This document shows, piece by piece, positions 33,775 through 45,023 of a stretch of 64,000 nucleotides of DNA (positions are counted from its first letter, which is position 1; every line of letters begins with the position of its first letter). Both the position numbers and the translations under genes were made by a program. This stretch comes from an uncultured Hormoscilla sp. (lineage in GTDB: Bacteria > Cyanobacteriota > Cyanobacteriia > Cyanobacteriales > Desertifilaceae): positions 6,336,001 to 6,400,000 of the forward strand of contig OZ001293.3 of assembly GCA_963921275.4 (NCBI GenBank), given 5' to 3'. The notes beneath the pieces are model-generated. The model did no database searches and was not told where the DNA came from. It saw only the letters and a program-made list of their open reading frames with translations.

Positions 33775-35187
33775 ATGATGAAAAAAGCAATCCGTCAAGG
33801 TGCCATCTGTAGCCTACTCCTGGCCCTGACTGCCTGTGGACCGGTAGAAGTAAAACGAGAATGCACCCTACCGTCAACCAGTCCCCAGCCTACAACCGGC
33901 AGTTCCCCCCAGTTAGACCAGGTGGGAACCAGCACAGTCACCCCAATTGTGGCCATAGATGGCACGCCCTCGATGCAAGGGTTTGTCAACATCCCCGGTA
34001 GTCACTACGTCAGCACCCTATGCCTAATTGACTCTGCGATTACCGCCTTTGAGAAATCTAATCCGCCGAGCTACTATAGTTTCGGCACCGAAATAATGCC
34101 CTTAGCAGAACAAAAATCGACTGAGGCCCAAAGTCCTTCCTTTTACGGTCGCAGCGCAGAACTCCAAGACACTCAAATAGAAAAAGCGATCGCCGCCCTA
34201 GATAACGTCAGCGGCGATAAACTGGCGATCGTGGTCACCGATCTGTATCAAAAAAATGCAGAAATTATCGCCATTATCCGTAATTTGAGAACCCACTATT
34301 TGGACAAAGGATATGCTGTCGGCATTGTGGCAGTCAGAAGTGAATTTGATGGAGTTGTTTACGATGTAGGTTTAGAAAACGAGTATTTTCTCTATCAAAC
34401 CAATCCCGATGACCCCGAAACTTTCCATCCCTTCTACGTTATAGTCTTGGGCACCTACAACAATGTAGAATATTTCTTCGATCAACTCAAAGAGAGTAAT
34501 AAAAGTCAAGAGTTTAACTTGCCAGCAGAACAATTTGTGATTTTTAATTCACAGCTTGTCAAGGAAAAAACGGCGCGATTGAACATCGAATCAGATTTTT
34601 TAGAACCCAATATAGAAGGAATTGAACGTTCCGTAGTGATTAATGACGGACAAGTAATGGTCAACATTACCGATAATCAAACCACAGAACGGTTAACGAT
34701 CCGCGAGGGAGTCGATCGCAATCTAGTAGAGAGCGAGAGAGAACAGAAGGTAAAGATTCCCTACGAAGTCTCCTACTCTCCTCAGCGGTACACCTTGTCT
34801 GCTGCTCCACCTTTTCAACTAAATTGGACTAGCCAAATTTTTAATTTCCAAACAGGTCAATTTGAACAGAAAGAAATCTCCAAGCAGAAAATAGACTTGA
34901 AGGAATGGAAGATTGAGGGCGATCGCATAAAATTCAACCTTGTGTTAAATTTACGCAATCTAGAAGAAGGCGTTTATACTTTGCAAGTGGATGTAGCAAT
35001 AGAAAACCTAAAAAGTCGCGACTGGTGGAAGGAATAAAATTTAGGCGAAAGAGAAAGTTTTGATGGGTCTAAGACTTATAACTTGTTACCCTTTCTCGAC
35101 AATTTGCGGCGAATTAATCAGCAAATGACGAAATCGCAAACAGGGGCGATCGCCCGTCTCTGTTACGTGATTAACAAAGAATACTAA
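33775..35187 (+). pseudogene. Lipoprotein with vWA-like motifs and a premature TAA at 35035
   Basis: Lipobox LTAC; IDGTPSMQGF and IVVTDL; the frame continues FDGSKTYNL...EY* to 35187. Confidence 0.7.
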
Positions 35188-35243
35188 TAGCATTTCTGTT
35201 ATGCAATCAAGCATTTAGAGGATACCCCTCTCTTTTGCTCTCA

Positions 35244-35330
35244 GTAGGTTTGGTTGACTTTGTTACCCAGCTAGCGATGGTGCAAACAACATCTATTGGT
35301 TGGGTTGAGGCACGAAACCCAACCTACAAC
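35244..35330. repeat. GTAGGTTGGGTTGA...ACCCAACC REP-like repeats
   Basis: Related copies at ~60969-61000 and ~62511-62640. Confidence 0.7.
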
Positions 35331-35364
35331 TACTGACAACTTGGCGCGATCGCCCTTAAATTCC

Positions 35365-35550
35365 TTACTGTCCAAACTCCACGCGGGCCTGTTCGACAAT
35401 CTCGACCGTCACCACATCGGACCCCGTTTGCCGGGCCAACTGCTCAATCCGTTGACGGGCGGACGATCGCACGAAAAAGGGAATACTTTTCAGCTTGGCC
35501 TTAGCTTCAGCGGTCCATTTAAATTCATCTGCTAGATCTGAATCTTGCAT
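35365..35550 (-). CDS. PCP reductase family small protein
   Basis: [22 protein letters not shown]. Confidence 0.88.
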   Translation of the reverse strand: MQDSDLADEFKWTAEAKAKLKSIPFFVRSSARQRIEQLARQTGSDVVTVEIVEQARVEFGQ

Positions 35551-35632
35551 GGGAATGCCTTTACTTATTAGCTTAGATTTTATCTTATTGTAGCGCGACT
35601 TTTTCCCAACCAGCTAAGTCTCTACAGTCGTC

Positions 35633-35662
35633 AAAAAAGCTCCTGCGTGAGATGCAGGAGCT
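35633..35662 (-). terminator. Intrinsic terminator of psbC
   Basis: AGCTCCTGC / GCAGGAGCT stem followed by T6 on the minus strand. Confidence 0.8.
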
Positions 35663-35706
35663 CAGATAAGTTAAAGAGAAATTATTCTCTTTACATGGAT
35701 AGATTA

Positions 35707-37095
35707 TTAGTCGAGGTTAGGCATAGAGAGCACTGGCTCCGTATCCCGATCGATTCCCTTTTCAAAGCCAGCAGCAGCAGCGCGAGCGCGACCAGCGTGC
35801 CACAGATGTCCGACTAAGAAGAAGAAACCGAGAATGAAGTGAGAGCCAGCTAGCCAAGCACGGGGATTAACATAGTTAAAGCCTTGAGCCTCAGTGATAA
35901 TCCCACCCACAGAGTTGATGGAACCATTAGGAGCATGAGTCATGTACTCAGATGCACGACGAACTTGCCAAGGCTGAATATCGTTCCTCAGCTTGTTCAA
36001 GTCCAGACCGTTGGGGCCGCGCAGAGGCTCCAACCAGGGACCTTGGAAATCCCAGAAACGCATCGTTTCACCACCGAAGATAATTTCCCCAGTCGGAGAA
36101 CGCATCAGGTACTTACCCAGACCCGTAGGACCTTGGGAAGAAGCGATGTTAGCACCCAGTTTCTGGTCGCGGACCAAGAACACAAAAGACTGAGCCTGAG
36201 AAGCTTCAGCATTTGTAGGACCGTAAAATTCGCTAGGATAAGCCGTGTTGTTGAACCAAACGTAGGCAGAGGCAATGAAGCCCATCATGCACAGGGCCCC
36301 CAAGCTGTAGGAGAGATAAGCTTCACCAGACCAGATAAACGCGCGACGCGCCCAACCAAAAGGCTTAGTCAGAATGTGCCAGACACCACCACCAATGCAG
36401 ATCAGACCAATCCAGATGTGACCGCCGATGATATCTTCCATATTATTGACGCCGACAATCCAGCCTTTTCCACCGAACGGAGAGTCCAGCAAATAACCGA
36501 AGATAACTGCGGGGTTGAGGGTGGGATTGGCGATTACGCGCACGTCACCACCACCGGGTGCCCAGGTATCATAGACACCACCAAAGAACATCGCCTTAAA
36601 CACCAGCAACAGAGCACCACAACCCAACAGGATCAGGTGGTAGCCGATGATGTTGGTCATTTGGTTCTTGTCTTTCCAGTCATAACCAAAGAAGCTGGAA
36701 TATTCTTCTAAGGTTTCTGGACCGCGAAGGGTGTGATAGAGGCCCCCCAGACCGAGAACGGCCGATGAAATTAGGTGCAGCACCCCAATCACAAAGTAGG
36801 GGAAGACATCTATTACTTCACCGCCAGGACCAACACCCCAGCCGAGAGTGGCCATGTGAGGCATCAAGATCAAGCCTTGCTCATACATGGGCTTTTCCGG
36901 GACGAAGTGAGCGACCTCAAACAACGTCATTGCCCCAGCCCAGAATACGATCAGACCAGCGTGGGCCACGTGAGCACCCAGTAGCTTACCGGACAGGTCG
37001 ATCAGACGAGCGTTACCCGCCCACCAGGCAAACCCAGTGGATTCTAGGTCACGACCGCTCATCACCATTGAACTATTAAAGGATGTTTGTACCAT
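35707..37095 (-). CDS. psbC: Photosystem II CP43 protein
   Basis: [11 protein letters not shown], full loop E with [27 protein letters not shown]. Confidence 0.98.
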   Translation of the reverse strand: MVQTSFNSSMVMSGRDLESTGFAWWAGNARLIDLSGKLLGAHVAHAGLIVFWAGAMTLFEVAHFVPEKPMYEQGLILMPHMATLGWGVGPGGEVIDVFPYFVIGVLHLISSAVLGLGGLYHTLRGPETLEEYSSFFGYDWKDKNQMTNIIGYHLILLGCGALLLVFKAMFFGGVYDTWAPGGGDVRVIANPTLNPAVIFGYLLDSPFGGKGWIVGVNNMEDIIGGHIWIGLICIGGGVWHILTKPFGWARRAFIWSGEAYLSYSLGALCMMGFIASAYVWFNNTAYPSEFYGPTNAEASQAQSFVFLVRDQKLGANIASSQGPTGLGKYLMRSPTGEIIFGGETMRFWDFQGPWLEPLRGPNGLDLNKLRNDIQPWQVRRASEYMTHAPNGSINSVGGIITEAQGFNYVNPRAWLAGSHFILGFFFLVGHLWHAGRARAAAAGFEKGIDRDTEPVLSMPNLD

Positions 37096-37150
37096 AACCA
37101 CTTTTGCGATCGACAAAACAGTCAAAATTTATGTGAGCCTTGGCCATTTA

Positions 37151-37436
37151 CGATATCTCTTGGGAGCTCGATGTTTCGGGGTCGAGGTATCTCCTGGGAG
37201 CTTGATGTCCCCCGGACGCACTTCGATGCCTACCGTTCCGGAAAAATCGGGATGCTACGCTGCGCGAAAAATCGCAAAAACCTACGATGCCTTCCGGACG
37301 CACGGCGAAAACCCGGAAGGCATCGCTCAGGCATCGTCGAAACCCGGGGGACATCATCTGAGCACTACCCAGGAGATACCTCGCGCTAGTCGCACTACCC
37401 CCGAAACATCGTAATCGCACTACCCAAGAGACATCG
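37151..37436. repeat. Six-layer nested hairpin element cluster
   Basis: Concentric inverted pairs, most starting CGATG-like; GCACTAC repeated on the right arms. Confidence 0.9.
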
Positions 37437-37704
37437 TCCTATGACCAACCACCTGAGCTTAGCCCCTACCCGCTGACGAGTCAGCCGGTGGCTAATTCAT
37501 TTTTCTTAACATAACACAGTTTTCTGGGAATGATAGGCAAATCCTTGACAGGATTGGCTTTCCCAGGATAAATACTATAATAATCTAAATTGAAAAATTT
37601 ACAATATTTCACATGAATTCTCATAAAATTGGGCGATCGCGCCGGTTATAGAGCAGGTTAAGAGCATCGCCAAATCCAGTCACCCTCGGAGTTTAAGAAG
37701 TTTT

Positions 37705-38271
37705 ATGACAGCACAGACAACCTCGACCGACAATGCCATCTTACGTCAGCAAGTTTTAGGCTCCCGCCGGTTCAGTAACTACTGGTGGACGACGGTAGTC
37801 TCCGCCGGAGCCGGTGGTTTCTTGCTAGCTGGACTCTCAAGCTACTTACAAGTCAACCTGCTACCGTTTAGCAATCCCGAGGAACTGATGTTTGTTCCTC
37901 AAGGCTTGGTGATGAGTCTGTATGGAATAGCGGGCTTGCTGTTGGCACTTTACCTCTGGCTAACGATCCTCTGGGATCTGGGAGGGGGTTACAATGAATT
38001 TAATCGCCAGACCGACCGGGCCATTGTGTTCCGCTGGGGATACCCGGGTAAGAATCGCCGGATAGAGATTAGCTGTCCTCTAGAAGATGTCCAAGCGATA
38101 ATAGTCAAGCTCAAAGAAGGGCTTAACCCTCGGCGGGCCATTTATATACGTGTCAAGGGCAAGGCAAATATTCCCCTGACGAGGGTGGGGCAACCGCTAG
38201 CCCTGAGTACACTAGAAAATCAGGCCGCCGAGTTGGCTCGTTTTCTGGAAGTGCCCATTGAAGGTCTTTGA
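37705..38271 (+). CDS. ycf4: Photosystem I assembly protein Ycf4
   Basis: GSRRFSNY, FVPQG, GGGYNEF, FRWGYPGKNR. Confidence 0.97.
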   Translation: MTAQTTSTDNAILRQQVLGSRRFSNYWWTTVVSAGAGGFLLAGLSSYLQVNLLPFSNPEELMFVPQGLVMSLYGIAGLLLALYLWLTILWDLGGGYNEFNRQTDRAIVFRWGYPGKNRRIEISCPLEDVQAIIVKLKEGLNPRRAIYIRVKGKANIPLTRVGQPLALSTLENQAAELARFLEVPIEGL

Positions 38272-38389
38272 GGCCAGCGTCTTACCCCTGAAGGGTGGGG
38301 CTACACAAACAAAGACCGCCTACGCGGTCTCAATCCCATGTTTAGATAAGATAATTATGTATACTTGGTAACAAATAGGTGACGTCAAA

Positions 38390-39115
38390 ATGCAGATAGA
38401 GGCAAAACGCTGGTTATCTATACTCTTAGTGATTGCTGCTTTGCTCATGGCCGGATGTATGTCGCAAGCGACAACTACATCGGCACCCGAGAGACAAGCA
38501 AGTAATCAGGAAAATAGCAATTTACCTAGGCTGTTGGGTAAGGCCACGGTAGAGATGATGGTTGAAGGTAAAGACTCGCCGATTATAATCAACCTGGATG
38601 GAACTCAGGCTCCGATCACTGCCGGTAATTTTGTCGATCTAGTCGATCGGGGGGTCTATGATGGTCTGGTGTTTCACCGGGTGGTGCGGGAACCCCAGCC
38701 GTTTGTGGTTCAGGGTGGGGATCCACAGAGCAAAGACCCCAAATTTTCACCAGAACGACTGGGAACTGGTAGTTATATAGATCCAGCGACATCTCAGCCT
38801 CGCTACATTCCTTTAGAAATTATGCCTCAAGGCTCGGAAGAACCGGTTTACTCTCAGACTTTCAAGAGCGCCAGTATTTCTGTAAAGCCAGTGCTCAAGC
38901 ATACTCGCGGTGCTGTGGCAATGGCTCGTTCTCCTTATCCTGACTCGGCTTCCTCCCAGTTTTATTTTTGTTTAGCTGACTTGCCGTTCTTGGATGGTGA
39001 CTATGCTGTGTTTGGATATGTTACCGAGGGGATGGATGTGGTAGACTCAATTGTCCAGGGCGATCGCATCAAGTCTGCCAGGGTAGTCCAAGGCTTAGAA
39101 TACTTGAGAAAATAG
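38390..39115 (+). CDS. Cyclophilin-type peptidyl-prolyl isomerase (lipoprotein)
   Basis: [35 protein letters not shown]. Confidence 0.95.
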   Translation: MQIEAKRWLSILLVIAALLMAGCMSQATTTSAPERQASNQENSNLPRLLGKATVEMMVEGKDSPIIINLDGTQAPITAGNFVDLVDRGVYDGLVFHRVVREPQPFVVQGGDPQSKDPKFSPERLGTGSYIDPATSQPRYIPLEIMPQGSEEPVYSQTFKSASISVKPVLKHTRGAVAMARSPYPDSASSQFYFCLADLPFLDGDYAVFGYVTEGMDVVDSIVQGDRIKSARVVQGLEYLRK

Positions 39116-39135
39116 ACCTCGCAGCCGGGAGCATG

Positions 39136-39168
39136 TCAGTGGTCAGTGGTCAGTGGTCAGTGGTCAGT
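39136..39168. repeat. Heptamer STRR (GTCAGTG)n
   Basis: Tandem 7-mers; other STRRs at ~41110-41136, ~56450-56474 and ~59391-59419. Confidence 0.8.
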
Positions 39169-39236
39169 AGGTGCTATAACGGGACTTAGACAAAATCTAA
39201 TTCCAAACCAACCTATATAAGATTCCTGGGCATTAA

Positions 39237-40595
39237 CTACGCTGAATCAGTGCCGGAGCAATAGCTAGTAGCATCGGCTGATACTTCAGATGAGCCGTAG
39301 AGGTTAATCAGAATTCCTTCAGGAATATACTTACAAAAGTTTTCCCACAGCTTAGTATCGAGTTCTTCACCACTAGTGATCCAATACCTGAGCCGAGATA
39401 GAGTTCGCGACAAATCTAGTTCTGTTTCTAATATGACATTGAGCAAGGAAGGGACTAGCAATAAACGTGTAACGGAATGCTCCGCTAAAGCCTTCACGAA
39501 ACGATCGGGTTCTTTGACCACAGCATCAGGAATAATAACTGTGGGAATCCCCTGAAGTAAAGCACCAAAAACTTCCCAAACTGAGTCAACAAAACTCAAA
39601 GAGGTTTTCTGGCAGCAAACTTCATCAGGAGCAAAGGGATAAGTTGTCCACATCCAGTGAAAACGATTGACAGCACCTTGGTGAATACCCATTACTCCCT
39701 TGGGTTTTCCTGTAGAGCCTGAAGTGTAAATCACGTAAGCTAGGTTGTCTGAAGTTATATCGCTGACCGGATTGTTGTGACTATGGGTATTAATTAATTG
39801 CCAATCTGTATCAATACAAACTATGGAGGCTGGATGTTTTTGCGGTAATGAATCTAGTAAATTCTGTTGAGTTAGTAACACCTGTACCGCACTATCACAG
39901 AGCATATAATTCAATCGTTCTTGAGGATAGTTGGGGTCAAGAGGAACATAAGCACCACCCGCTTTGAGAACCCCTAATATTGCCACCACCATTTCCAGAG
40001 AACGCTCAACGCATATACCAACTAGTGTTTCTGAGCCTACACCTAAGCTTTGCAGATAATGAGCTAACTGATTCGCTTTTTGATTCAATTTCTCGTAAGT
40101 CAACTGCTCATTTTCAAATACGACTGCTGTAGCATCTGGTGTTTTTGCTACCTGTTCTTCAAATAACTGGTGGATACATTTGTCTTGAGTATATTCATTA
40201 GCTGTTTGATTCCAATCTACTAGTAACTGCTGTCGTTCCTGTGCTGTTAAAATTGGCAGTTGAGCTAATGTTTGTTCTAAGTTTTCTGGGGTTTCGTACT
40301 GCGAGATAGCAGTTAATAAGGTCTTTAGATGACCTAACATACGTTGAATAGCATCTTCCTCAAAACGGTTACTATCGTAAATAATTCTCAGTCGCAATTC
40401 TCTAGCAGGGGTCACAATTACGGTCAGAGCGTAGTTAGTTGGTTCAAAGCTGGATAAATTGCTGATTTCTAGACCAAAATATTGCTGTTTTAAAGATATA
40501 TCTAGAGGATAATTTTCAAAGACGACGATGCTCTCAAACAAAGACAATCTTTTCCTTATTTGACTCCAAGACTGAATATCTACTATTGGTCCCAA
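39237..40595 (-). pseudogene. Orphan NRPS fragment (end of a condensation domain + truncated adenylation domain)
   Basis: VFENYP, LKAGGAYVPLDP, YTSGSTGKPKG, FVDS, NLYGSSE and then a stop; no later A motifs and no PCP. Confidence 0.88.
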
Positions 40596-40849
40596 TCAGT
40601 AATTTTATGATTATTACCAGGAGGTTTATTGGGTATGGCCTGATAGTCACCAGTTTGGGCTTGGCATTGTCGCCAAAGCTTGATGGTATTGCGGCTGACG
40701 CGAAACCTTTGGCTCGCGCAAAGTTTTTGGCATCCCATCCAATTCTATAGCTTCAATAACCTTCCTGCGGAAATCATAACTATAAGGTTTGGGCATATTG
40801 ACTCTCCTAATTCTCTAGCACGTCTAAATCATTTGTGCAAAAACTTGTC

Positions 40850-40978
40850 GGGGCAATCCTCGGTGGCTTTCGCTACCCAACATGAAAGGAACAGTATCAG
40901 GGCCAGGAGAATCGTCCCGTATGGGTAGTTGCTAAGCGCGAGGTTCCGTCTCTATTTCCATTACACAACTCCGGCCCC
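40850..40978 (-). ncRNA. Candidate structured small RNA (Yfr2-like 5' motif)
   Basis: TTGACA-18 nt-TATAGT upstream; nested pairings GGGGC/GCCCC, CTCG/CGAG, CTACCCA/TGGGTAG; U-tract downstream. Confidence 0.45.
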
Positions 40979-41147
40979 AGTATACTATACATCCTCTAGT
41001 TGATAGTTGTCAAGATATAGGGATTTGGCTTGAAACCCGAGCGGGCGCCTTAATCGCTACCTGCCACCCACTACCCTCTAGTTGACGTCCTAACGACCTT
41101 GTCCATTGCTATAACAACTAACAACTAACAACTAACACTAGATCGAC

Positions 41148-41179
41148 AAAACCCTGCAACCATTTCTGATTGCAGGGCT
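41148..41179 (-). terminator. Terminator after tRNA-fMet
   Basis: CCCTGCAA / TTGCAGGG stem with a U-tract on the minus strand. Confidence 0.7.
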
Positions 41180-41196
41180 TGGCTTTTATTGATATT

Positions 41197-41517
<321 letters not shown>

Positions 41518-41667
41518 TCGATAAATCTACTATAACTAAAAAAAACAGATCTGGCAACCCAATTTGAACAAATTTTGTGAAAAATTTCTCAAATATACGG
41601 TCCGATCCTCTGGAAAGCCTCTCCCTGACAGAGTTTGAGAGATTCTGAGATCTGAAAAAATTTTTTT

Positions 41668-42621
41668 TCAGATCATCGATAATTCCCCAATCACCTCCAA
41701 GCGCTTGAAATCAGTCAATGTCATGAACTTCTCAGCCAGATTTTCCGCTACTGCCGGCGTTATCCAACCTAGCTGCTTCAGTAAATGAATCGCCACAGCA
41801 TGTTTAGCCCGTTTGGATCCATCCATCACTTTAATGGCTAATCCCATGCCCTCGCCTACCCTACCAATGCACTGAACTCCTTCAGCACCAGCTTTGCTGA
41901 CGAGTTCTCCTAAACTCGCCGTCATGAGTTCGCTGTCAAACTCACCAACTCCAGCTATCAGAGTCGGGTGATTTATCATCGCCCGGACAATGCGCTCCAT
42001 ATCCAGATTGTCACCGGAGGTCAGCTGTCCATACAAACTAGCCATTTGTCTCAGTTCCATCACATAGGTAGGGGCACCACAATCATCCCGAGCACCAATA
42101 AACTCATCAGCTGGCATCCGCAGCAGCTCTGCGACTTTGGTCAAAATCAGCTGCTGCACGGGATGAAAGCGCCACAAGTAAGTTTCCACCGGCCAGTCCC
42201 GTTGCCGACAGACAGCCAGCATCCCCGCATGTTTGCCAGAGCAATTGTGTTGCAGGGGACTTTCTTTCCCTTCTGGGATGGGACATTGAAGCATGGTGGC
42301 ATCCACATCACAGCGCCACAGCACGTTAAAGGCCTGCCGCGCTTGCTCTGTTGTCCCTTTGTGAGAGCTACAAACGATCGCTAAATCTCGCTCTGTGAGG
42401 TCGTAGCGTTGCATCGTGCCTGTGGTGGTCACGGCTAGCGCTTGAAAAGGCTTCAGTGATGAACGGACGAAGGTGGCGGTTTCTTTGTCACCGGCTACGG
42501 AAAGCACGCGCCCCTTGTCGTCACAGACAACCGCTTGGACGCGATGAGTCGATTCTGTAATTCCTTCGCGCAGCAACCTGACTTCAAGTTCTGCTGCTTG
42601 AGTTCGTTTTACTCTGGTCAT
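41668..42621 (-). CDS. L-asparaginase II family protein
   Basis: RSSLKPFQA, SSH.G, HNCSGKH, DDCGAP, SKAGAEG. Confidence 0.92.
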   Translation of the reverse strand: MTRVKRTQAAELEVRLLREGITESTHRVQAVVCDDKGRVLSVAGDKETATFVRSSLKPFQALAVTTTGTMQRYDLTERDLAIVCSSHKGTTEQARQAFNVLWRCDVDATMLQCPIPEGKESPLQHNCSGKHAGMLAVCRQRDWPVETYLWRFHPVQQLILTKVAELLRMPADEFIGARDDCGAPTYVMELRQMASLYGQLTSGDNLDMERIVRAMINHPTLIAGVGEFDSELMTASLGELVSKAGAEGVQCIGRVGEGMGLAIKVMDGSKRAKHAVAIHLLKQLGWITPAVAENLAEKFMTLTDFKRLEVIGELSMI

Positions 42622-42673
42622 AACTTTGACTGTAGCATTTCCGGGACTACCGACGATCGGGCACTTTTATGTT

Positions 42674-43198
42674 TCAACTATATAAGCTTTGCCGTAGTGA
42701 CCAAGCAACCCAAGTTATCATCTCAACTAGGAGCCATAAAGCCAGTAATCCCAAGGTTCGCACCACCCGTCGGAGAATAGGTTGGACTTGGTAGATGAAT
42801 ATCAGCCGGTCCTGAGCCAACATTTCTGGAGTTTTCGCCCAGGTTTGACCGTCATACCAGCCCGATTCTTCATAGAATACTGTCTCACTATTGAGGCGAT
42901 CGCCGACATATTTCCATCCCAGATAAAGCCTCAGCAGTAGCAAACTCAAGCAGAAGCTAGCACCACCCGCACCACAGAGGAGGAACTGGACTGGCACCTT
43001 CGCCGGTGCAAAGCTTGCTGCTGCCACTGGTCCAGTTATCAACCAACTGATACCCCAAATTACCGCTATTTTAGTCAAATAGCCTGGCAGTTCGAGAGTT
43101 GCCCAGCCAAAAAAACAAGAGTCACTCAAGTTTTTATACTCATTAATTGGTAGCTGTTCCCATGGCACGGGGCAAGCTGAGACCGGAGGTTCTCTCAT
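42674..43198 (-). CDS. CGLD27/Ycf36 (DUF1230) family protein
   Basis: CPVP.EQ.PINEY, RLYLGW.YV, YEESGWYDGQ.W.K. Confidence 0.92.
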   Translation of the reverse strand: MREPPVSACPVPWEQLPINEYKNLSDSCFFGWATLELPGYLTKIAVIWGISWLITGPVAAASFAPAKVPVQFLLCGAGGASFCLSLLLLRLYLGWKYVGDRLNSETVFYEESGWYDGQTWAKTPEMLAQDRLIFIYQVQPILRRVVRTLGLLALWLLVEMITWVAWSLRQSLYS

Positions 43199-43213
43199 GC
43201 AGATCCTCCTCTA

Positions 43214-43585
43214 TCAATTAGCACTACTATCAAATTCTATGCGTTCCGCATGTCCCCAAAAGGCTTCTAGGTTATAATACTCCCGTTCTGTGGGCATAAA
43301 GATGTGAGCGATCGCATCCGAGTAGTCAAGGAGTACCCAACTCCCTTCTGCTTTCCCTTCCGTTCGCACCGGATAGCGATCGAGAGTCAAAACTACCCGC
43401 TCTTCGATCGAGCGGGCGATCGCCCGCACCTGGACTTTCGAGAACCCCGTGACGATCACGAAGTAATCCGCCAGATAGGACACTTCTGACACGCCAAGGA
43501 TGACAATGTCTGCTGCTTTGCGATCGTCAGCTGCCGCAGCTATTGTCTTCGCTAGTTTTAAGCTATCTTCTGAGCTTGATTCCAT
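43214..43585 (-). CDS. rsfS: Ribosome silencing factor
   Basis: DRKA.DI, LADYFVI, WVLLDY, REYYNLE.FW. Confidence 0.95.
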   Translation of the reverse strand: MESSSEDSLKLAKTIAAAADDRKAADIVILGVSEVSYLADYFVIVTGFSKVQVRAIARSIEERVVLTLDRYPVRTEGKAEGSWVLLDYSDAIAHIFMPTEREYYNLEAFWGHAERIEFDSSAN

Positions 43586-43597
43586 TTTCTTACTAGC

Positions 43598-43694
43598 GCT
43601 GTGTGTCCCCCCTTTTGTGCGATTAGCGCCCTGCGTCTCCTATGAAGTGCGATTAGCGCTCCGGTGGAGACGCAGCACAGGGGGACACAGCAGC
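43598..43694. repeat. Double nested hairpin element
   Basis: TGTGTCCCCC / GGGGGACACA outer stem, CTGCGTCTCC / GGAGACGCAG inner stem, GTGCGATTAGCGC twice. Confidence 0.75.
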
Positions 43695-43743
43695 AACCGG
43701 TCTATCTGGTGAGGAATTTATTTATTTTATCATAAAACCCAGA

Positions 43744-45023
43744 TCATCGACCTTCACTTATCCGATCTAGCAATGAATTCGGCTTTTTTTCCGTCAGCGC
43801 GGCAAACACCGCCTCATACTGATGCAACGCTTGCTCGAAGGAGTAGTGGGCCATAGCATAATTTCTGCCCTGCTCGCCCAGCCTTTTAACCAGATCGCGA
43901 TCGTGGTATAGTTTCTCTATTTGGTCCGCTAGGGCTTGGGGGTCTTCTGGCGCCACGACAACGCTGCCGCCACTGTTCTTGATTGCTTTTGCTGCCGTCC
44001 CCCGTACCAGCACCGATCCCACAATTGCCCGACCACTGGCCAGGAGTACCGGTATTTTGGACAGCAGATTAAAATCAGTCACCCGCTGCTTTTGCAATAC
44101 TAACCCCACATCTGCCGCCCCCAGCATTTCTGGCAACTTTTCTCGCGGTTGAAACGGTAGCAGCAGGACGTTGTCAGCTTTGTGGGTAGAGCAACTGGAC
44201 TGCAATCTCTCCAGGGCCGACTTTTCTCCCACGATTACAAAAGCAATTTCCCGGAGATGCTTGAGGACAGCTGCTGCCTTGATTATTGTTTCCAGGCCTT
44301 GGGTGAGGGCAATGTTGCCAGCGTAGAGCACTACAAATTTACCATCCAGTTGATTGTCCCGGCGGAATTCGTTCTCAAGATCCTGGGGCCAAGGTCGGAT
44401 AAAATTGACATCCACCCAATTGGCAATAGTGACAACTTTGCTCTCGGGTACTCCTTGACTGACTAATTTGGGTTTGAACCCATCATCAATCACACTTACC
44501 CTCTGGGCTGTCCAGTAGGCAAATTTTTCTAAAGCGTCCACCGCGCGACTCAGTAGGCCACCTTTTTTCAGCAAACCTACGCGAGACCCCGCTTCCGAGA
44601 CAATATCCTGAATGTTGAGTATCACCGGCACGCCACGCAACCAGCCAGATAAAGCTACCGGTACGCAAATGGGCAAGGGAGGACTGGTGGAGAAAATCAC
44701 GTCCGGTCGCCAACCCTTGAATGCTAGGGGGAAGCTAGTCACCATAAAGCTGCCATCCAGTAGCAATCGATCGAGTAGGCTGGGGTTTGGGCCTTTGATT
44801 CGGACATAACTGCGCTCAATTGTGACACCGTTTCTTTCTTCCGTCAGATAAAACTTGCCCTGATATTCATCGTAAATCTGGCGCTGGGGATAGTTGGGCA
44901 TACCAGTGACAACCCGTACCTGATGATCCCGTTTCACCAGACCCTCTGCCAACTCAGTCATGATAGGGGCGATGCCAATGGGCTCTGGGGATGGTAATTG
45001 TAGGAATAGATCAGAATACGCAT
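43744..45023 (-). pseudogene. GT4 glycosyltransferase (WcaI-like), frameshift in a C-run after codon ~11
   Basis: MRILIYSYNYHP is out of frame with EPIGIAPIMTELAEG; TGMPNYP, YAGNI...QGLE. Confidence 0.82.

Noticed and set aside
35884..36711. 275-aa ORF antisense to psbC, and similar antisense ORFs over relA, rpmA and the LRR gene
   Set aside because: Shadow frames of well-supported genes on the opposite strand
35707..37095. isiA/pcb antenna paralog instead of psbC
   Set aside because: Retains the full large lumenal loop E with GGETMRFWD
37037..37420. Three ORFs upstream of psbC
   Set aside because: Translations of the GC-rich nested hairpin repeats
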